The notes under the pieces were generated by a model that ran no database searches, was not told the DNA's origin, and saw nothing but the letters and a program-made list of their open reading frames with translations. Both the position numbers and the translations under genes were made by a program. A stretch of 64,000 nucleotides of DNA from a virus (taxonomy: Duplodnaviria > Heunggongvirae > Uroviricota > Caudoviricetes): IMG/VR virus record IMGVR_UViG_3300042256_000013, positions 288,001 to 352,000 of that record; one strand, given 5' to 3'. Positions 18,962 to 29,390 of this stretch are shown piece by piece. Position 1 is the first letter of the stretch. The number at the start of each line of letters is the position of its first letter.

Positions 18962-21709
18962 TTACCATCTTGTTCCTGTTCCTGATGGAACACCTGTACT
19001 TGCAGGAATAGCAGAACCACGTTGGGTTGTGCTTGGTCTGTAAGTTAAGAAACGAGTAACTTTCTCTGTAACAATTGATGATATATTTGAACCTCCAGTA
19101 ACTACAGTACCGATGAATACTCTATATAATTCTTCAGTTAACATAGTTTCACTGAATTGATATACAGCCGTACCTTCTATTACTGTTATGTACAAATAGA
19201 ATGTACTATTAGCTGGATTACTTTTTATCGTACTTAAATCAACTGATTGAACTGGCATATCATGATATTTTCCTCCTAACAATACTGGTACTGTTTGGGT
19301 GAAATACACATTAAATCCTTGAGCAACATCTTGTGCAGCTACAACAATTCTTTCAATTGGTTCACTTGCAGGATTAGCTACCATTGCATCAAATTGAGAA
19401 ACTGTTGTTCCGAATAATTTAAATATCAACTTTGTTTTAACATCAGTAATATCACCATTCTCAAATAATCCAAAACCGACACCTGGTAGAACACCAACTT
19501 CGTATGAATTATTTAAACTCGAATTATATCCAGTTGGAATCATTTTTGGTGTTCCAGTAATTAATTTAGTACTGTTATCTACTTTACATACAATAGAGGA
19601 TAAATTATCCGCACTTGTAACTACACAAGTACTTGAAGGAATTCCAACATATGTAAAATCATCATACTTTGCAACTATCAATCCTGGTTGTCTGTTTAAC
19701 ATTGCTTGTCTTATACTAGATGCTGGGAGAGATCTTGTTATATATCTGGTACTTTCAATACTGTATACTGTAACTACATTATTAACAATTCCCAAATCTA
19801 TTTCAGCTAATAACAAATATGTATTTGATTGACCAGTTGGTGCATCAGTAATACCAGTAACTACTGCATAACTTTTTGTAAATGTATTTGGAACATAATA
19901 AAGTATAATATATGAATTAGTTGTGTTATACACTATATTCGATGCCTGATCTGATATAATTTCCTGTTTAATTGTAACTAATAAATTATTGTCAATAGAA
20001 AAAGAATCACTAAATGAATAATTTGTTTGATCCATTACAGTACCACTGAACTTTGTTATATTTTCAATAAATGATGTACCATACACGGTACTGTTTCCAG
20101 TACCATCGACTATTGTGACCATGTTAGAGTAACGATGGTCAGTGTTATCAAGAAGTTGACGATTTACATTTGGTGCAAATCCAGTTAAAGTATTTCCATT
20201 AACTACTGATTTATATGGATATGTTCTGGTAGTTCCTAATGAAGTAACTACTGTATTATCTAATCCAAAATAATTTCCATTTTGTGTACCACTACAACAA
20301 ATGAATATTTTATCACGTGCTATAATTGTTGGATGTATTAAATTATCCCCAATAGGAGAACCGTATGTTGGATAAATTGAATTGACAATCGTGTTTGATA
20401 GTACTCTATTTTGAATATTCCAAGTTTCATATAATGAAACAAATGAATTCAATGTTCCTTTAGAAACGATATGTTCAGTAAATGTATCGTGTCTTGCCAT
20501 TGTACATAACGACACTCCATCATTCGTTGTAAAGATTGTAGGAACTCTATTCAATGATGCGTTTAACGACAATCCTGATAAATTTTGCATATCAAAAAAG
20601 AATGGGTTATCGTAAGTAATTACTCCAGTACTTGAAGTTGTTATAGTAACTGGTGCTTGTGCAGAAGTATCATATGTGTATTGTTTTGTACTTGTATCGT
20701 ACACAAAACTGATACCACTCATTGTTCTAAGATTAGATTGCTGAGTTGCAGTTTCAATACCATGCATAAATGCAACACGTATATTATTTCCTGAACCTGC
20801 TGCCTGTAATGAACCTTCAACATTTCCCCAAAAAATAGATATTCCTCTATAAACATTTCCAGTTGGAATTATAATATATGGTTTATCTGAACTATTTTGA
20901 CTAAAATACATATCAGCTAATTTAATATTAGGACTTGCAATTAATGTGTCACCATATAAATTTGTACCATTAAATCCAGTTACCTTTGTTAATGAAGTAT
21001 AAACTCCAGCTTTAACGTTAGCGACAGATATTGTATACAACGAAATAGCAAATTCTGATGTATTGTTGTATCCGTCTAAACACCAAATATAAACAACACC
21101 ATTATGTACCATTGCATATTGAGGGTCTGTATTAACAATTAATGATGCAGGAAATTCAACACTTTCATGTGAAATTGCATTTAATGTACCATTAGTTAAT
21201 GAAATACTGTACGTATTTTCTGTACCATTATTTGTGTGCATAAGCAATACATCACCGGCATTTGAACCAACAAACGAGTTCAATACATGATTAGATGTAA
21301 AAAATGATGGTACAAATTTTTCATTAGTTTGAACTGGAGATAAAACACTACTTGTTCTAACACTGCTTTGATAGCAATAGTAGTACCCGAAAGTACTACC
21401 ATTAGTTCCTGGTCGAAGATAAACCATTGTTCCGTCATTTTCTAAAATTACGGGTTGTATACCTTTTCCTGTATAGTTCGTGGCTCCTTCGAAGGAGCCA
21501 TTAATACTCATAGGTAGATAATCCATCGTACCTACTCTTGATATTGGAAGAATAGAAACTATTTCATCAAATTCAGTTTTTGTGTAATATGGAAAATCCA
21601 GATTACCTTCAATATCAGGTGTTATATCGTTAACATCACGAATAACGTTAAGACCTTTTGTAGATATGTTTGCATCTACGCTTAGATCTCCATAAATTTT
21701 TTTAGACAT
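18962..21709 (-). CDS. Large putative virion structural protein (tail/baseplate-associated), paralog A
   Basis: S/T/N/G-rich, beta-strand-like; shares N- and C-terminal modules with the two upstream genes. Confidence 0.6.
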   Translation of the reverse strand: MSKKIYGDLSVDANISTKGLNVIRDVNDITPDIEGNLDFPYYTKTEFDEIVSILPISRVGTMDYLPMSINGSFEGATNYTGKGIQPVILENDGTMVYLRPGTNGSTFGYYYCYQSSVRTSSVLSPVQTNEKFVPSFFTSNHVLNSFVGSNAGDVLLMHTNNGTENTYSISLTNGTLNAISHESVEFPASLIVNTDPQYAMVHNGVVYIWCLDGYNNTSEFAISLYTISVANVKAGVYTSLTKVTGFNGTNLYGDTLIASPNIKLADMYFSQNSSDKPYIIIPTGNVYRGISIFWGNVEGSLQAAGSGNNIRVAFMHGIETATQQSNLRTMSGISFVYDTSTKQYTYDTSAQAPVTITTSSTGVITYDNPFFFDMQNLSGLSLNASLNRVPTIFTTNDGVSLCTMARHDTFTEHIVSKGTLNSFVSLYETWNIQNRVLSNTIVNSIYPTYGSPIGDNLIHPTIIARDKIFICCSGTQNGNYFGLDNTVVTSLGTTRTYPYKSVVNGNTLTGFAPNVNRQLLDNTDHRYSNMVTIVDGTGNSTVYGTSFIENITKFSGTVMDQTNYSFSDSFSIDNNLLVTIKQEIISDQASNIVYNTTNSYIILYYVPNTFTKSYAVVTGITDAPTGQSNTYLLLAEIDLGIVNNVVTVYSIESTRYITRSLPASSIRQAMLNRQPGLIVAKYDDFTYVGIPSSTCVVTSADNLSSIVCKVDNSTKLITGTPKMIPTGYNSSLNNSYEVGVLPGVGFGLFENGDITDVKTKLIFKLFGTTVSQFDAMVANPASEPIERIVVAAQDVAQGFNVYFTQTVPVLLGGKYHDMPVQSVDLSTIKSNPANSTFYLYITVIEGTAVYQFSETMLTEELYRVFIGTVVTGGSNISSIVTEKVTRFLTYRPSTTQRGSAIPASTGVPSGTGTRW

Positions 21710-21722
21710 TGTAATTTCCTTA

Positions 21723-24461
21723 TTACCAACTTATGCTTCCGGGTTGCTGAGGGTATCCAGTACTGACAGGGAATGCAGAACCAATTTGTGTTTCACTTGG
21801 TCTAAAGATGTCAAATCTTGAAACTTTATTAATGTTTAAAGTAGTTACATTAGTACCATCAGTTGTTGCTGTTCCAATGTACATATTGGTACTTGTTTCA
21901 CCTAATTCAGTTTCAGATACATGATATGAAATAGTACCATTCAATTCTTGAACATATATGTAAAATGTACTATTTCCCGGATTTGCTTTAACATCGTTTA
22001 AATTTAACACTGTTATTGGTAATTCATAATATACACCATTTAAAAATACTGGTGTTCGTTCAGTTAAGTATATATAAAATCCAACTGTTACATCTTGTGA
22101 AAGAATAACTATATCAGTTCCAGTTCCAGCAGCCATATTTGATGTAAATTGTGATAATGTATTTCCACAATTTTTAAATATTAATTTAGTTCCTTTATCC
22201 GTAGGACTAAACAGATAATATCCAAATCCTAAATTTGGTATATAACTATACTCACGTTGTGCATTAGAGTTGAATCCTATTATAAAAGTACTATCAGATA
22301 CAATAACGTTTGAAATTGTATTTCCATTAACAATTCCACAAACAGTGTGTATTTGAGAAGAACCGGGTATGGAATATGGAACTGTATAAGAAAATGATAT
22401 ATATGTAAAATCTGCATATTTCACACATGATAGACCACTATGCTGCCTCATCTCATTTTGAATTAATATATTAATCATGTTTGTTTTTGGTTCATTCATA
22501 AAAATAGTATTCATTGTAGCACTTAATACATTAGTACTGTTAGCAGTACAATCAACTGTAGCTGATAGAATTGCACCAACACCAGAACTATTATAAGCAG
22601 TTACACAAGCAATACTTTTACAGTAATCTGTTCTTGGTGAATAATATAATGATATTTTAGAATTTGTAATACCAGTTAATCCTGAACCAGAAATAATTGT
22701 ATTTTTTAACGATGTTAAAATAGAATTATCTATTGTTAGTGTTTTATCATAAGATAATGTAGTTGGATCAAATTTATTACCAGTTGTTAATTGTGTACTT
22801 TCAAAAAACACTGTTCCATAAGATTCAACCATATTAGCATTATCATGATATGATAATTTAGATATTGCAAGATTTTCATTATTATCACCAAATGGCATTC
22901 TGTAAATTTGTGGGGCATATCCAGTAATAGTACCACGTTCAACGGAATTATATACATAATTTCTTGACGTTCCTATATCTGCAATTCCACGATCATATTT
23001 GGTATATTGATTACCATTATATGTTCCAGTTCCAGAAAATAATATTCTGGTTGTGCTTATAGGTGATCCAGCAGTTAATTGATCACCAACTCTTGATGCA
23101 AATTCTGAATAAACATTAGTGTAATCTTGTAAACTAATAGTTCTATTTCTCATTTTATATGCATTTGCTTTATTAGTAAAATTAGAAATACTACATCTAC
23201 TAACCAAATATGTATCATCAAGAACATATTTTTCTTTTATTGAATATTGAATTCCGTTGTCAGTAACGAACATGGAATTTCCATTTCCATCAGCAACTTT
23301 TGTTCCAACTCCATATGTATTTGCTGAAGTTATAGAGTATGGATTATCCCAAGTAATTATTCCAGTACTTGCACCATTTGCATATATTGGTCTATTAGAA
23401 GTTAAATCAGTTGTGAAATTTCTGGTGATTACATTGTATGTAATAGTAATATTATACAATGTATCAACCCGTTGTGTATTATTAGCAGCAAATGCATTTG
23501 TATAAAATGAAAATATTATATTAGTTCCATCGTAATATGCTTTACCTCTACCAACTAATGAATAAGTATATCCTGCACAATTAGCTATAGTATTGTTATA
23601 TTTTATAAATGAATTAATTCCACTTTGAGTAGTTGCAGTATATACATCAGAAATTCTAATTACATTTCCTGGAGTTGCTGAACCATATAACGTATTTCCA
23701 GTAATGCCAGAAATTTGTTCAATAGTTGTGATTGCCCCGCTTTCAATTTGAGATGTTGGAATACGATAAAATACAAATTGAAGTGGATCATTATTATTAG
23801 GATTTATTACTAAAGGACCACCATATGTACTGGTATATAATGCAATTATATACACATAAGAATCAACTTTTAATGCAGTTAAAATATTATAAGGTATTGC
23901 TGATGATGGAAATGATGCAGATTTGTGATTAGTTTTATCAAGAGTTCCATATGTTAATACTACTGATAATATATTATTTTGTAAATCATGATACAATAAA
24001 GTATCTTTTGTATAAGAATCATAGAATAAAATGTCATTAGACGAACCTTCATAATATGGTCTTATGGTTGGATATGGAGAAGTATTCATATCAGGATTAT
24101 TAATATAAGTGTAATAATAATTAATTTTATTACCATTAGTACCTGGTCTTAAAAATACCAAAGTTCCATCTTCTTCTAACAGAATAGGCATACTTGAATA
24201 ATATGCTACAGTACTACCACCTTCATATGATCCAGATGCACCAACTGGTAAATTATTTAAAGCCCCATATTGAGATAATGGTAACTGTTTTAGAACATTA
24301 TCAATATCAATTCCTGTAGCTATTGGTAATTCAACATGACCATCAATATCTGCATGGAAAATTTCAGATTCAGATTCTAACTTAATACCGGTTCCAACTA
24401 TTTTATTTTGTACTGTCAGATTGTTTCTGACATTTACATTTCCTTTTATTTTATAAGCCAT
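21723..24461 (-). CDS. Large putative virion structural protein, paralog B
   Basis: GSYEG..PILLEEDGTLVFLRPGTNG matches GSFEG..PVILENDGTMVYLRPGTNG of paralog A; shared C-terminus. Confidence 0.6.
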   Translation of the reverse strand: MAYKIKGNVNVRNNLTVQNKIVGTGIKLESESEIFHADIDGHVELPIATGIDIDNVLKQLPLSQYGALNNLPVGASGSYEGGSTVAYYSSMPILLEEDGTLVFLRPGTNGNKINYYYTYINNPDMNTSPYPTIRPYYEGSSNDILFYDSYTKDTLLYHDLQNNILSVVLTYGTLDKTNHKSASFPSSAIPYNILTALKVDSYVYIIALYTSTYGGPLVINPNNNDPLQFVFYRIPTSQIESGAITTIEQISGITGNTLYGSATPGNVIRISDVYTATTQSGINSFIKYNNTIANCAGYTYSLVGRGKAYYDGTNIIFSFYTNAFAANNTQRVDTLYNITITYNVITRNFTTDLTSNRPIYANGASTGIITWDNPYSITSANTYGVGTKVADGNGNSMFVTDNGIQYSIKEKYVLDDTYLVSRCSISNFTNKANAYKMRNRTISLQDYTNVYSEFASRVGDQLTAGSPISTTRILFSGTGTYNGNQYTKYDRGIADIGTSRNYVYNSVERGTITGYAPQIYRMPFGDNNENLAISKLSYHDNANMVESYGTVFFESTQLTTGNKFDPTTLSYDKTLTIDNSILTSLKNTIISGSGLTGITNSKISLYYSPRTDYCKSIACVTAYNSSGVGAILSATVDCTANSTNVLSATMNTIFMNEPKTNMINILIQNEMRQHSGLSCVKYADFTYISFSYTVPYSIPGSSQIHTVCGIVNGNTISNVIVSDSTFIIGFNSNAQREYSYIPNLGFGYYLFSPTDKGTKLIFKNCGNTLSQFTSNMAAGTGTDIVILSQDVTVGFYIYLTERTPVFLNGVYYELPITVLNLNDVKANPGNSTFYIYVQELNGTISYHVSETELGETSTNMYIGTATTDGTNVTTLNINKVSRFDIFRPSETQIGSAFPVSTGYPQQPGSISW

Positions 24462-24470
24462 TATAATCCC

Positions 24471-25043
24471 TTACCAATTTATGGTTCCATTTTGTGTTGG
24501 TAATCCATTACTTACCGGGAAAGATGAACCAGCAGAATTATATGCTGGACTAAACACATCTAATCTTTTTCTTGCATTTATATTAATACCACCAATGGTT
24601 GTAATATTTGTAAAAAGTATTCCAATCCAAAAAATATTGTACGCAGATGAACCTGATTCAGAAATAACATCTTCAGAAATTAGATACTTAGCTAATCCTT
24701 GTTCTAATGTAATATAAACATAATATGTTGTATTAGCTGGATTAGGTTTAATTGTAGTTAAATTAATATTTGTTTGCGGTAATGTAAAAACTTTACCAGA
24801 TAATAAAACATCAGTTTCATCATTAAATTGAACAGTGTATCCAGAACTGGTAATATTTCCAGGCTCAAAATGTGATAGTGGTAATACACTTAGTATTTTA
24901 TTGAAATAGTCTATTCTGAAAGTATCTATACTAGCATTTCCTGTTCCATCAAATGCTGTATCATTTACTGAACGTGCTAAGTTTTTAGAACCAGCTTCAG
25001 CATGTCTACCAACTTCCATATTCCCTTTAATTTGTAATGCCAT
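24471..25043 (-). CDS. Short paralog C (N- and C-terminal modules only)
   Basis: MALQIKGN.., LPLS, NPANTTYYVY, GSSFPVSNGLPTQNGTINW; ATAAATA late-type element at 25077-25083. Confidence 0.6.
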   Translation of the reverse strand: MALQIKGNMEVGRHAEAGSKNLARSVNDTAFDGTGNASIDTFRIDYFNKILSVLPLSHFEPGNITSSGYTVQFNDETDVLLSGKVFTLPQTNINLTTIKPNPANTTYYVYITLEQGLAKYLISEDVISESGSSAYNIFWIGILFTNITTIGGININARKRLDVFSPAYNSAGSSFPVSNGLPTQNGTINW

Positions 25044-25097
25044 AATATCCTCATCTTTGACAGAATTTCATTATTGTATTTATGGACTATATAAACA

Positions 25098-25120
25098 AAA
25101 AAAGCACCCATTGGGTGCTT
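25098..25120 (-). terminator. Intrinsic terminator
   Basis: AAGCACCCA-A-TGGGTGCTT plus T7. Confidence 0.75.
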
Positions 25121-25292
25121 ATTCTTCATCAGGATCGTAGTCCGGTGCAATGTATGTTACAGTAACAATGAATGTTCCATGAGCATCACCAAATGCGTCA
25201 GTAACTACATCGTCATTATCAATGAAATCGATTGGATCAATTGACTCAACCTGATTACCCTGAAATGTTTTATTGTATATAACTTTACTCAT
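25119..25292 (-). CDS. Small hypothetical protein (57 aa, not in the ORF track)
   Basis: Translated by hand: MSKVIYNKTFQGNQVESIDPIDFIDNDDVVTDAFGDAHGTFIVTVTYIAPDYDPDEE; fills the gap and overlaps the nrdG stop. Confidence 0.6.
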   Translation of the reverse strand: MSKVIYNKTFQGNQVESIDPIDFIDNDDVVTDAFGDAHGTFIVTVTYIAPDYDPDEE

Positions 25293-25758
25293 AATCTTTA
25301 CCTTTTACCAGTACTCTTTGATTTTCTGAACCTCTGAATGGAAGTTTAAGGTTCTTGAGTTCTTCAACAAATTTACCATCAACAAGTACGTCAACGTAAT
25401 TCAGAACATCATGAGCATGATTTTCTAGTACTTCTTCCAGTGTATAACCAGTCCAGCACCAAATATTTTTTGTTGGGAATTCTTCTTTCACAATCCTACA
25501 CAAATCAAGAACAGTACTGATATTTTTAGTCATCAGTGCATCTCCACCAAGTAGAGTTAAACCCTCTACATAAGGCTTAGAGAGTTCTAATAGGATTGTA
25601 TTAATTTGTTCTTCCCCAAATGGTGTTCCTGAACGATAATCCCAAGCTTCTTCATTGAAACAACCAGGACAACCGTGACTACAACCTGATACATATAAAC
25701 TGACACGAACACCAGTGCCATTTATAAGGTCGTCTTTTACTATTGTTTGATAATTCAT
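25285..25758 (-). CDS. nrdG: Anaerobic ribonucleotide reductase activating enzyme
   Basis: NGTGVRVSLYVSGCSHGCPGCFN radical-SAM motif, FRGSENQR. Confidence 0.95.
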   Translation of the reverse strand: MNYQTIVKDDLINGTGVRVSLYVSGCSHGCPGCFNEEAWDYRSGTPFGEEQINTILLELSKPYVEGLTLLGGDALMTKNISTVLDLCRIVKEEFPTKNIWCWTGYTLEEVLENHAHDVLNYVDVLVDGKFVEELKNLKLPFRGSENQRVLVKGKDYE

Positions 25759-26207
25759 TAATAATTGCTCATAAGCAGTACCTGAGTATCAAAGATTTCA
25801 TCGTAGTACGTAATACTTTCCAGAAATTCTATTGCAGATTCCCGGTCTTTGAACCTCATAAATTTGTCACCATCATCACAACCAACGAACATAACAACAA
25901 ATTTGTTTTCATTGTAGTTCTTAATATAGTCATCACGATAAATTTCATGATGTAGTACTGAATTATAACTGGTTTTTGGAGATAACGTTTCTTGCATGTA
26001 GTATTCTTCTTCAGAAGTCATCCAATCTTCCCAAATATGATAATGATAGCAAGGAACCACTCGCCTATGTTCAGCTTCTGGATGCATATTTTCGCATGAA
26101 TAATAACTTATTGCTCGAAAATCTTCATCAAATACTGGAAGGTAGCCTAACAACCGATCTGAATTGTAGCAGAATGTCCAATTCACATTAACTTTATCGT
26201 GTATCAT
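25758..26207 (-). CDS. Hypothetical protein
   Basis: Packed ORF with AAGGA RBS. Confidence 0.6.
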   Translation of the reverse strand: MIHDKVNVNWTFCYNSDRLLGYLPVFDEDFRAISYYSCENMHPEAEHRRVVPCYHYHIWEDWMTSEEEYYMQETLSPKTSYNSVLHHEIYRDDYIKNYNENKFVVMFVGCDDGDKFMRFKDRESAIEFLESITYYDEIFDTQVLLMSNY

Positions 26208-26210
26208 GAT

Positions 26211-26723
26211 TTATTCCTTAGAGAATATTGGTACATAAGAGTTTATTTTGGTACAATATATCAACGCATCGCGAGTACTTCCACTAAAATTACTATCATC
26301 AATGATAATAGAATTTTGTTTAACTACAGTTCTCTCGAACAGATGTTTAATGTATTTGTCACGTTGTGTTGCTTTCAACATATTAATTTTAAATGTTGAA
26401 CCCATTTCTTCCATACGTGATAAGTGACTACGTAATTCAGCTTTTTGAAGACCCAGCGTAGGTGCAAGGTCTTTAAAGTACTGAATATCGTTTTTCTTTG
26501 CAATCCTTATATCTCTATCTAATAATTGCACCACTTTCAGTACAAAATCAGAAGAACTTTCTGGAATGATAATAGTACTTTTCTTCTTTACATATGGCCT
26601 AAAAGCACAACTGATTGTATGAATCATTGTATTGCGATTTTCGCCTAAAGAATAGCCATATTTTTCTTTTAGAGCAAAATATAGCAGCATGTTTTCACGT
26701 TTTGTCAAGTCGAATGGAATCAT
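26211..26723 (-). CDS. Hypothetical protein (possible degenerate PRTase-like IIIDDS..SGST motif)
   Basis: ORF. Confidence 0.55.
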   Translation of the reverse strand: MIPFDLTKRENMLLYFALKEKYGYSLGENRNTMIHTISCAFRPYVKKKSTIIIPESSSDFVLKVVQLLDRDIRIAKKNDIQYFKDLAPTLGLQKAELRSHLSRMEEMGSTFKINMLKATQRDKYIKHLFERTVVKQNSIIIDDSNFSGSTRDALIYCTKINSYVPIFSKE

Positions 26724-26724
26724 A

Positions 26725-27354
26725 TTAGATATTCATAAGGTTAAAGATAACGCCACTTCCTGCATAGAATGGCTTAATTTTTCCAGCAATATCATCTAAA
26801 GCATAGAAAGCAGGATACGTATCGCCGTTGATAGTTATAAAATAGTTCCCAAAAGACAAATCATGAACATGGTTCAATGTTGTAACTTGGTCTACATCGT
26901 TACTGTACTTTGTAAAGTAAAATTCATCATCACCCATATATGAAGTGAATTCGTCGATGTTTCCTTTGCGAACTGGTTTAGATGCAACGTATAGTATCTT
27001 ACCTTCACCATGATCTTTAGTTACAATTGTTGGTTTGATCTGAGTGAACTTACTAACTACTAATTCAATATGGTCAGCAGACTGATTGTAAGTATAATCA
27101 GAAACATGTTCCATGTAATAATCAAGTAATTCATATAACCCATTTTTCGCTTCAAGTAATAGATTAATTTGTGCTATTGATTCTTTAGCTTTATCTAAGA
27201 AATAAGAATTGTCTTCAATTTTATCGAAGGTTTCCAAAATATCTGGAATATTACCTCGAATACTTTCTACTGTAATTTTTCCTTCGCCAATTCCTGTAAT
27301 TAATTTAGATAATGTTTCTGCTACTTTTTGTTTACTTTGAGTTAAATTTTCCAT
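26725..27354 (-). CDS. Hypothetical protein
   Basis: Start reassigned to MENLTQ, just after the nrdD stop. Confidence 0.65.
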   Translation of the reverse strand: MENLTQSKQKVAETLSKLITGIGEGKITVESIRGNIPDILETFDKIEDNSYFLDKAKESIAQINLLLEAKNGLYELLDYYMEHVSDYTYNQSADHIELVVSKFTQIKPTIVTKDHGEGKILYVASKPVRKGNIDEFTSYMGDDEFYFTKYSNDVDQVTTLNHVHDLSFGNYFITINGDTYPAFYALDDIAGKIKPFYAGSGVIFNLMNI

Positions 27355-27355
27355 T

Positions 27356-29161
27356 TTAGCTTCCGTGTTTGATTCTTTGTATAACTTCTTGTTGTTTACC
27401 AGTATTGAAAGGTCTACTATTCGGTGCACTAAGATAACCAGAAACTCTACGAATAACTGACATAGTACCTTCTTCTCGGTTATCACATTGTGGACAATGG
27501 AACCCGACTTTATCTACCGAAAATTCACCTTCAAAATCGCACTTATAACATTTATCGACAGGTTGATTAATCCCAAAATATGGAATACGGTCATACGCAT
27601 AATCAATTAGTACTTCTAAGGCTTTCAAATTGTTAGAAAGATTTGGAGTCTCTACATAACTGATGTTTCCACCATTACTTAAGTACGCAAAACTTTCTTC
27701 GTAATCAAATTTACTGAAAGGAGATGATTCAATCCATACTGGTTGGTGGAATGAATTTGTTATAAAATCTCTCTTTAGTACATTTGGGTATTTTTCTTCT
27801 ATTGCTTTCGCAAATTTATAACATAAGCTCTCTGCTGGCGTTCCATATAAACTAAATGCGATAGTACTTTCATCTTTGAATTGTTCACATTTGTATTTCA
27901 TATAGTGCAAGATGGATTTACAATAATCCTTACTTAACTGTCCAAGCATAATTTCAGAACATTCAGCTAATCCAACATATCCAATACTGATACTTGCGTA
28001 TCCATTATAGAATAATTGATCAATTGTATCATCAGCATTCAATCTAGCAATAGCACCTTCCATAAACATAGTAGGGTTTTGACGAGCTTTCATTGTTTTC
28101 AATCGTTCTACACGATTCATTTGTGCTCGGTAAGCCATTGTCATGTGATAATCCAATTTACCGAAGAATTCACCATCGGATTTAGATTCAAGAGCAAGTA
28201 ATGGGAGATTAATAGATACTACACCTAAGTTAAATCTTCCATCATATTGTTCAGTACCTTCATTTTCCCATTTTCCAAGGAATGAACGACAACCCATAGG
28301 GGAAACGGCAATAGAAGTACTGCCAGTTACTTTCTTGTTTAATGGTACTGATACGAAATCTGGATAAATTCTCTTAGCACTTGTTTTAAGTGCTTGCTGT
28401 TTAAGGTCATAATTAGGATCAGACTCTTTCATGTTCACACCATCTTCTAAGAAGAAGACAACTTTAGGAAACACTGGAGTACTGCCATCTACACCTAAAC
28501 CTTTCTCATGTACTTTTAAGTACGAATCAGTAATCATCTTACCAAATTTAGAGGTGTTTAGACCCATTGTAATAGTTACAAACGGGGTTTGACCGTTACT
28601 GCTTGTGATGGTATTAACCTGGTACAGAAGTGCTTGCATAGCGTCGTACACCTCTTTCTGGAGGGTCTTCTGTACGTATTCATCCGGTAGACCGAATTCT
28701 TTTTGTTGCTCCAGAAGCTTGTTATAGGACTTCTGAACGTATGGTTCAAGACCAAAATCAATATGTGCAAGTGTTTGACCACCGTATTGACTTGCGGAAA
28801 CTGCCAGTACTATTTGTGTTAGTACAGTACTTGCTACACCAATACTATTAGGTGTACCAACTTGTGCATTACCAATCTTGAAACCATTTTCTAACATATC
28901 TCTGTAATTAACTAAACAACAGTTAGTCAAAGGGCTTATGAAATAGTCTAGATCGTGTATATGACCATATCCATTCTTGTGCCAAAGCATAAGTTCTTCT
29001 GAGATTTCATCCTCTGCATAATGCTTAGATAAAATACCTGCTAGTAAGTCACGATGCGTGTTTACAATCTTCGCATCCTTATTAGCATTCTCATTCATTA
29101 TATCTTTATTACTTTGGTTTATTAGTGCGGATACATCATTAAACAGTCTATCGTTATTCAT
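27356..29161 (-). CDS. nrdD: Anaerobic (class III) ribonucleoside-triphosphate reductase, no ATP cone
   Basis: HIHDLD, NCCL, PMGCRSFL, PAESLC, CxxC..CxxC, RRVSGYL glycyl-radical loop. Confidence 0.97.
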   Translation of the reverse strand: MNNDRLFNDVSALINQSNKDIMNENANKDAKIVNTHRDLLAGILSKHYAEDEISEELMLWHKNGYGHIHDLDYFISPLTNCCLVNYRDMLENGFKIGNAQVGTPNSIGVASTVLTQIVLAVSASQYGGQTLAHIDFGLEPYVQKSYNKLLEQQKEFGLPDEYVQKTLQKEVYDAMQALLYQVNTITSSNGQTPFVTITMGLNTSKFGKMITDSYLKVHEKGLGVDGSTPVFPKVVFFLEDGVNMKESDPNYDLKQQALKTSAKRIYPDFVSVPLNKKVTGSTSIAVSPMGCRSFLGKWENEGTEQYDGRFNLGVVSINLPLLALESKSDGEFFGKLDYHMTMAYRAQMNRVERLKTMKARQNPTMFMEGAIARLNADDTIDQLFYNGYASISIGYVGLAECSEIMLGQLSKDYCKSILHYMKYKCEQFKDESTIAFSLYGTPAESLCYKFAKAIEEKYPNVLKRDFITNSFHQPVWIESSPFSKFDYEESFAYLSNGGNISYVETPNLSNNLKALEVLIDYAYDRIPYFGINQPVDKCYKCDFEGEFSVDKVGFHCPQCDNREEGTMSVIRRVSGYLSAPNSRPFNTGKQQEVIQRIKHGS

Positions 29162-29211
29162 AAGACACTCCTTGTCAAATTGTTAGGTAGTTTATTTAAA
29201 CCACTTAAAAT

Positions 29212-29239
29212 AAAAATACCCCATATGAAGGGGTATTTT
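29212..29239 (-). terminator. Intrinsic terminator
   Basis: AAAATACCCC-loop-GGGGTATTTTT. Confidence 0.7.
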
Positions 29240-29271
29240 CTTTGATCTAGATCAAGGTTTTGGGACTTTGG

Positions 29272-29388
29272 TTAACGTTTGTTCAGGAAGCTACAGAAGT
29301 CCAAAACAAATAATATTGCCATTACTCCGATTGAACTTAGTGTTACAACGTAGAACCAAAACAACGCCATCAAAATATCATGCCACAT
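29272..29388 (-). CDS. Small membrane peptide (38 aa, not in the ORF track)
   Basis: MWHDILMALFWFYVVTLSSIGVMAILFVLDFCSFLNKR with AGGAG RBS. Confidence 0.55.
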   Translation of the reverse strand: MWHDILMALFWFYVVTLSSIGVMAILFVLDFCSFLNKR

Positions 29389-29390
29389 GA

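Noticed and set aside
27356-29161. Group I intron or intein in nrdD, as in T4
   Set aside because: The ORF is continuous at 601 aa with all motifs and no insertion
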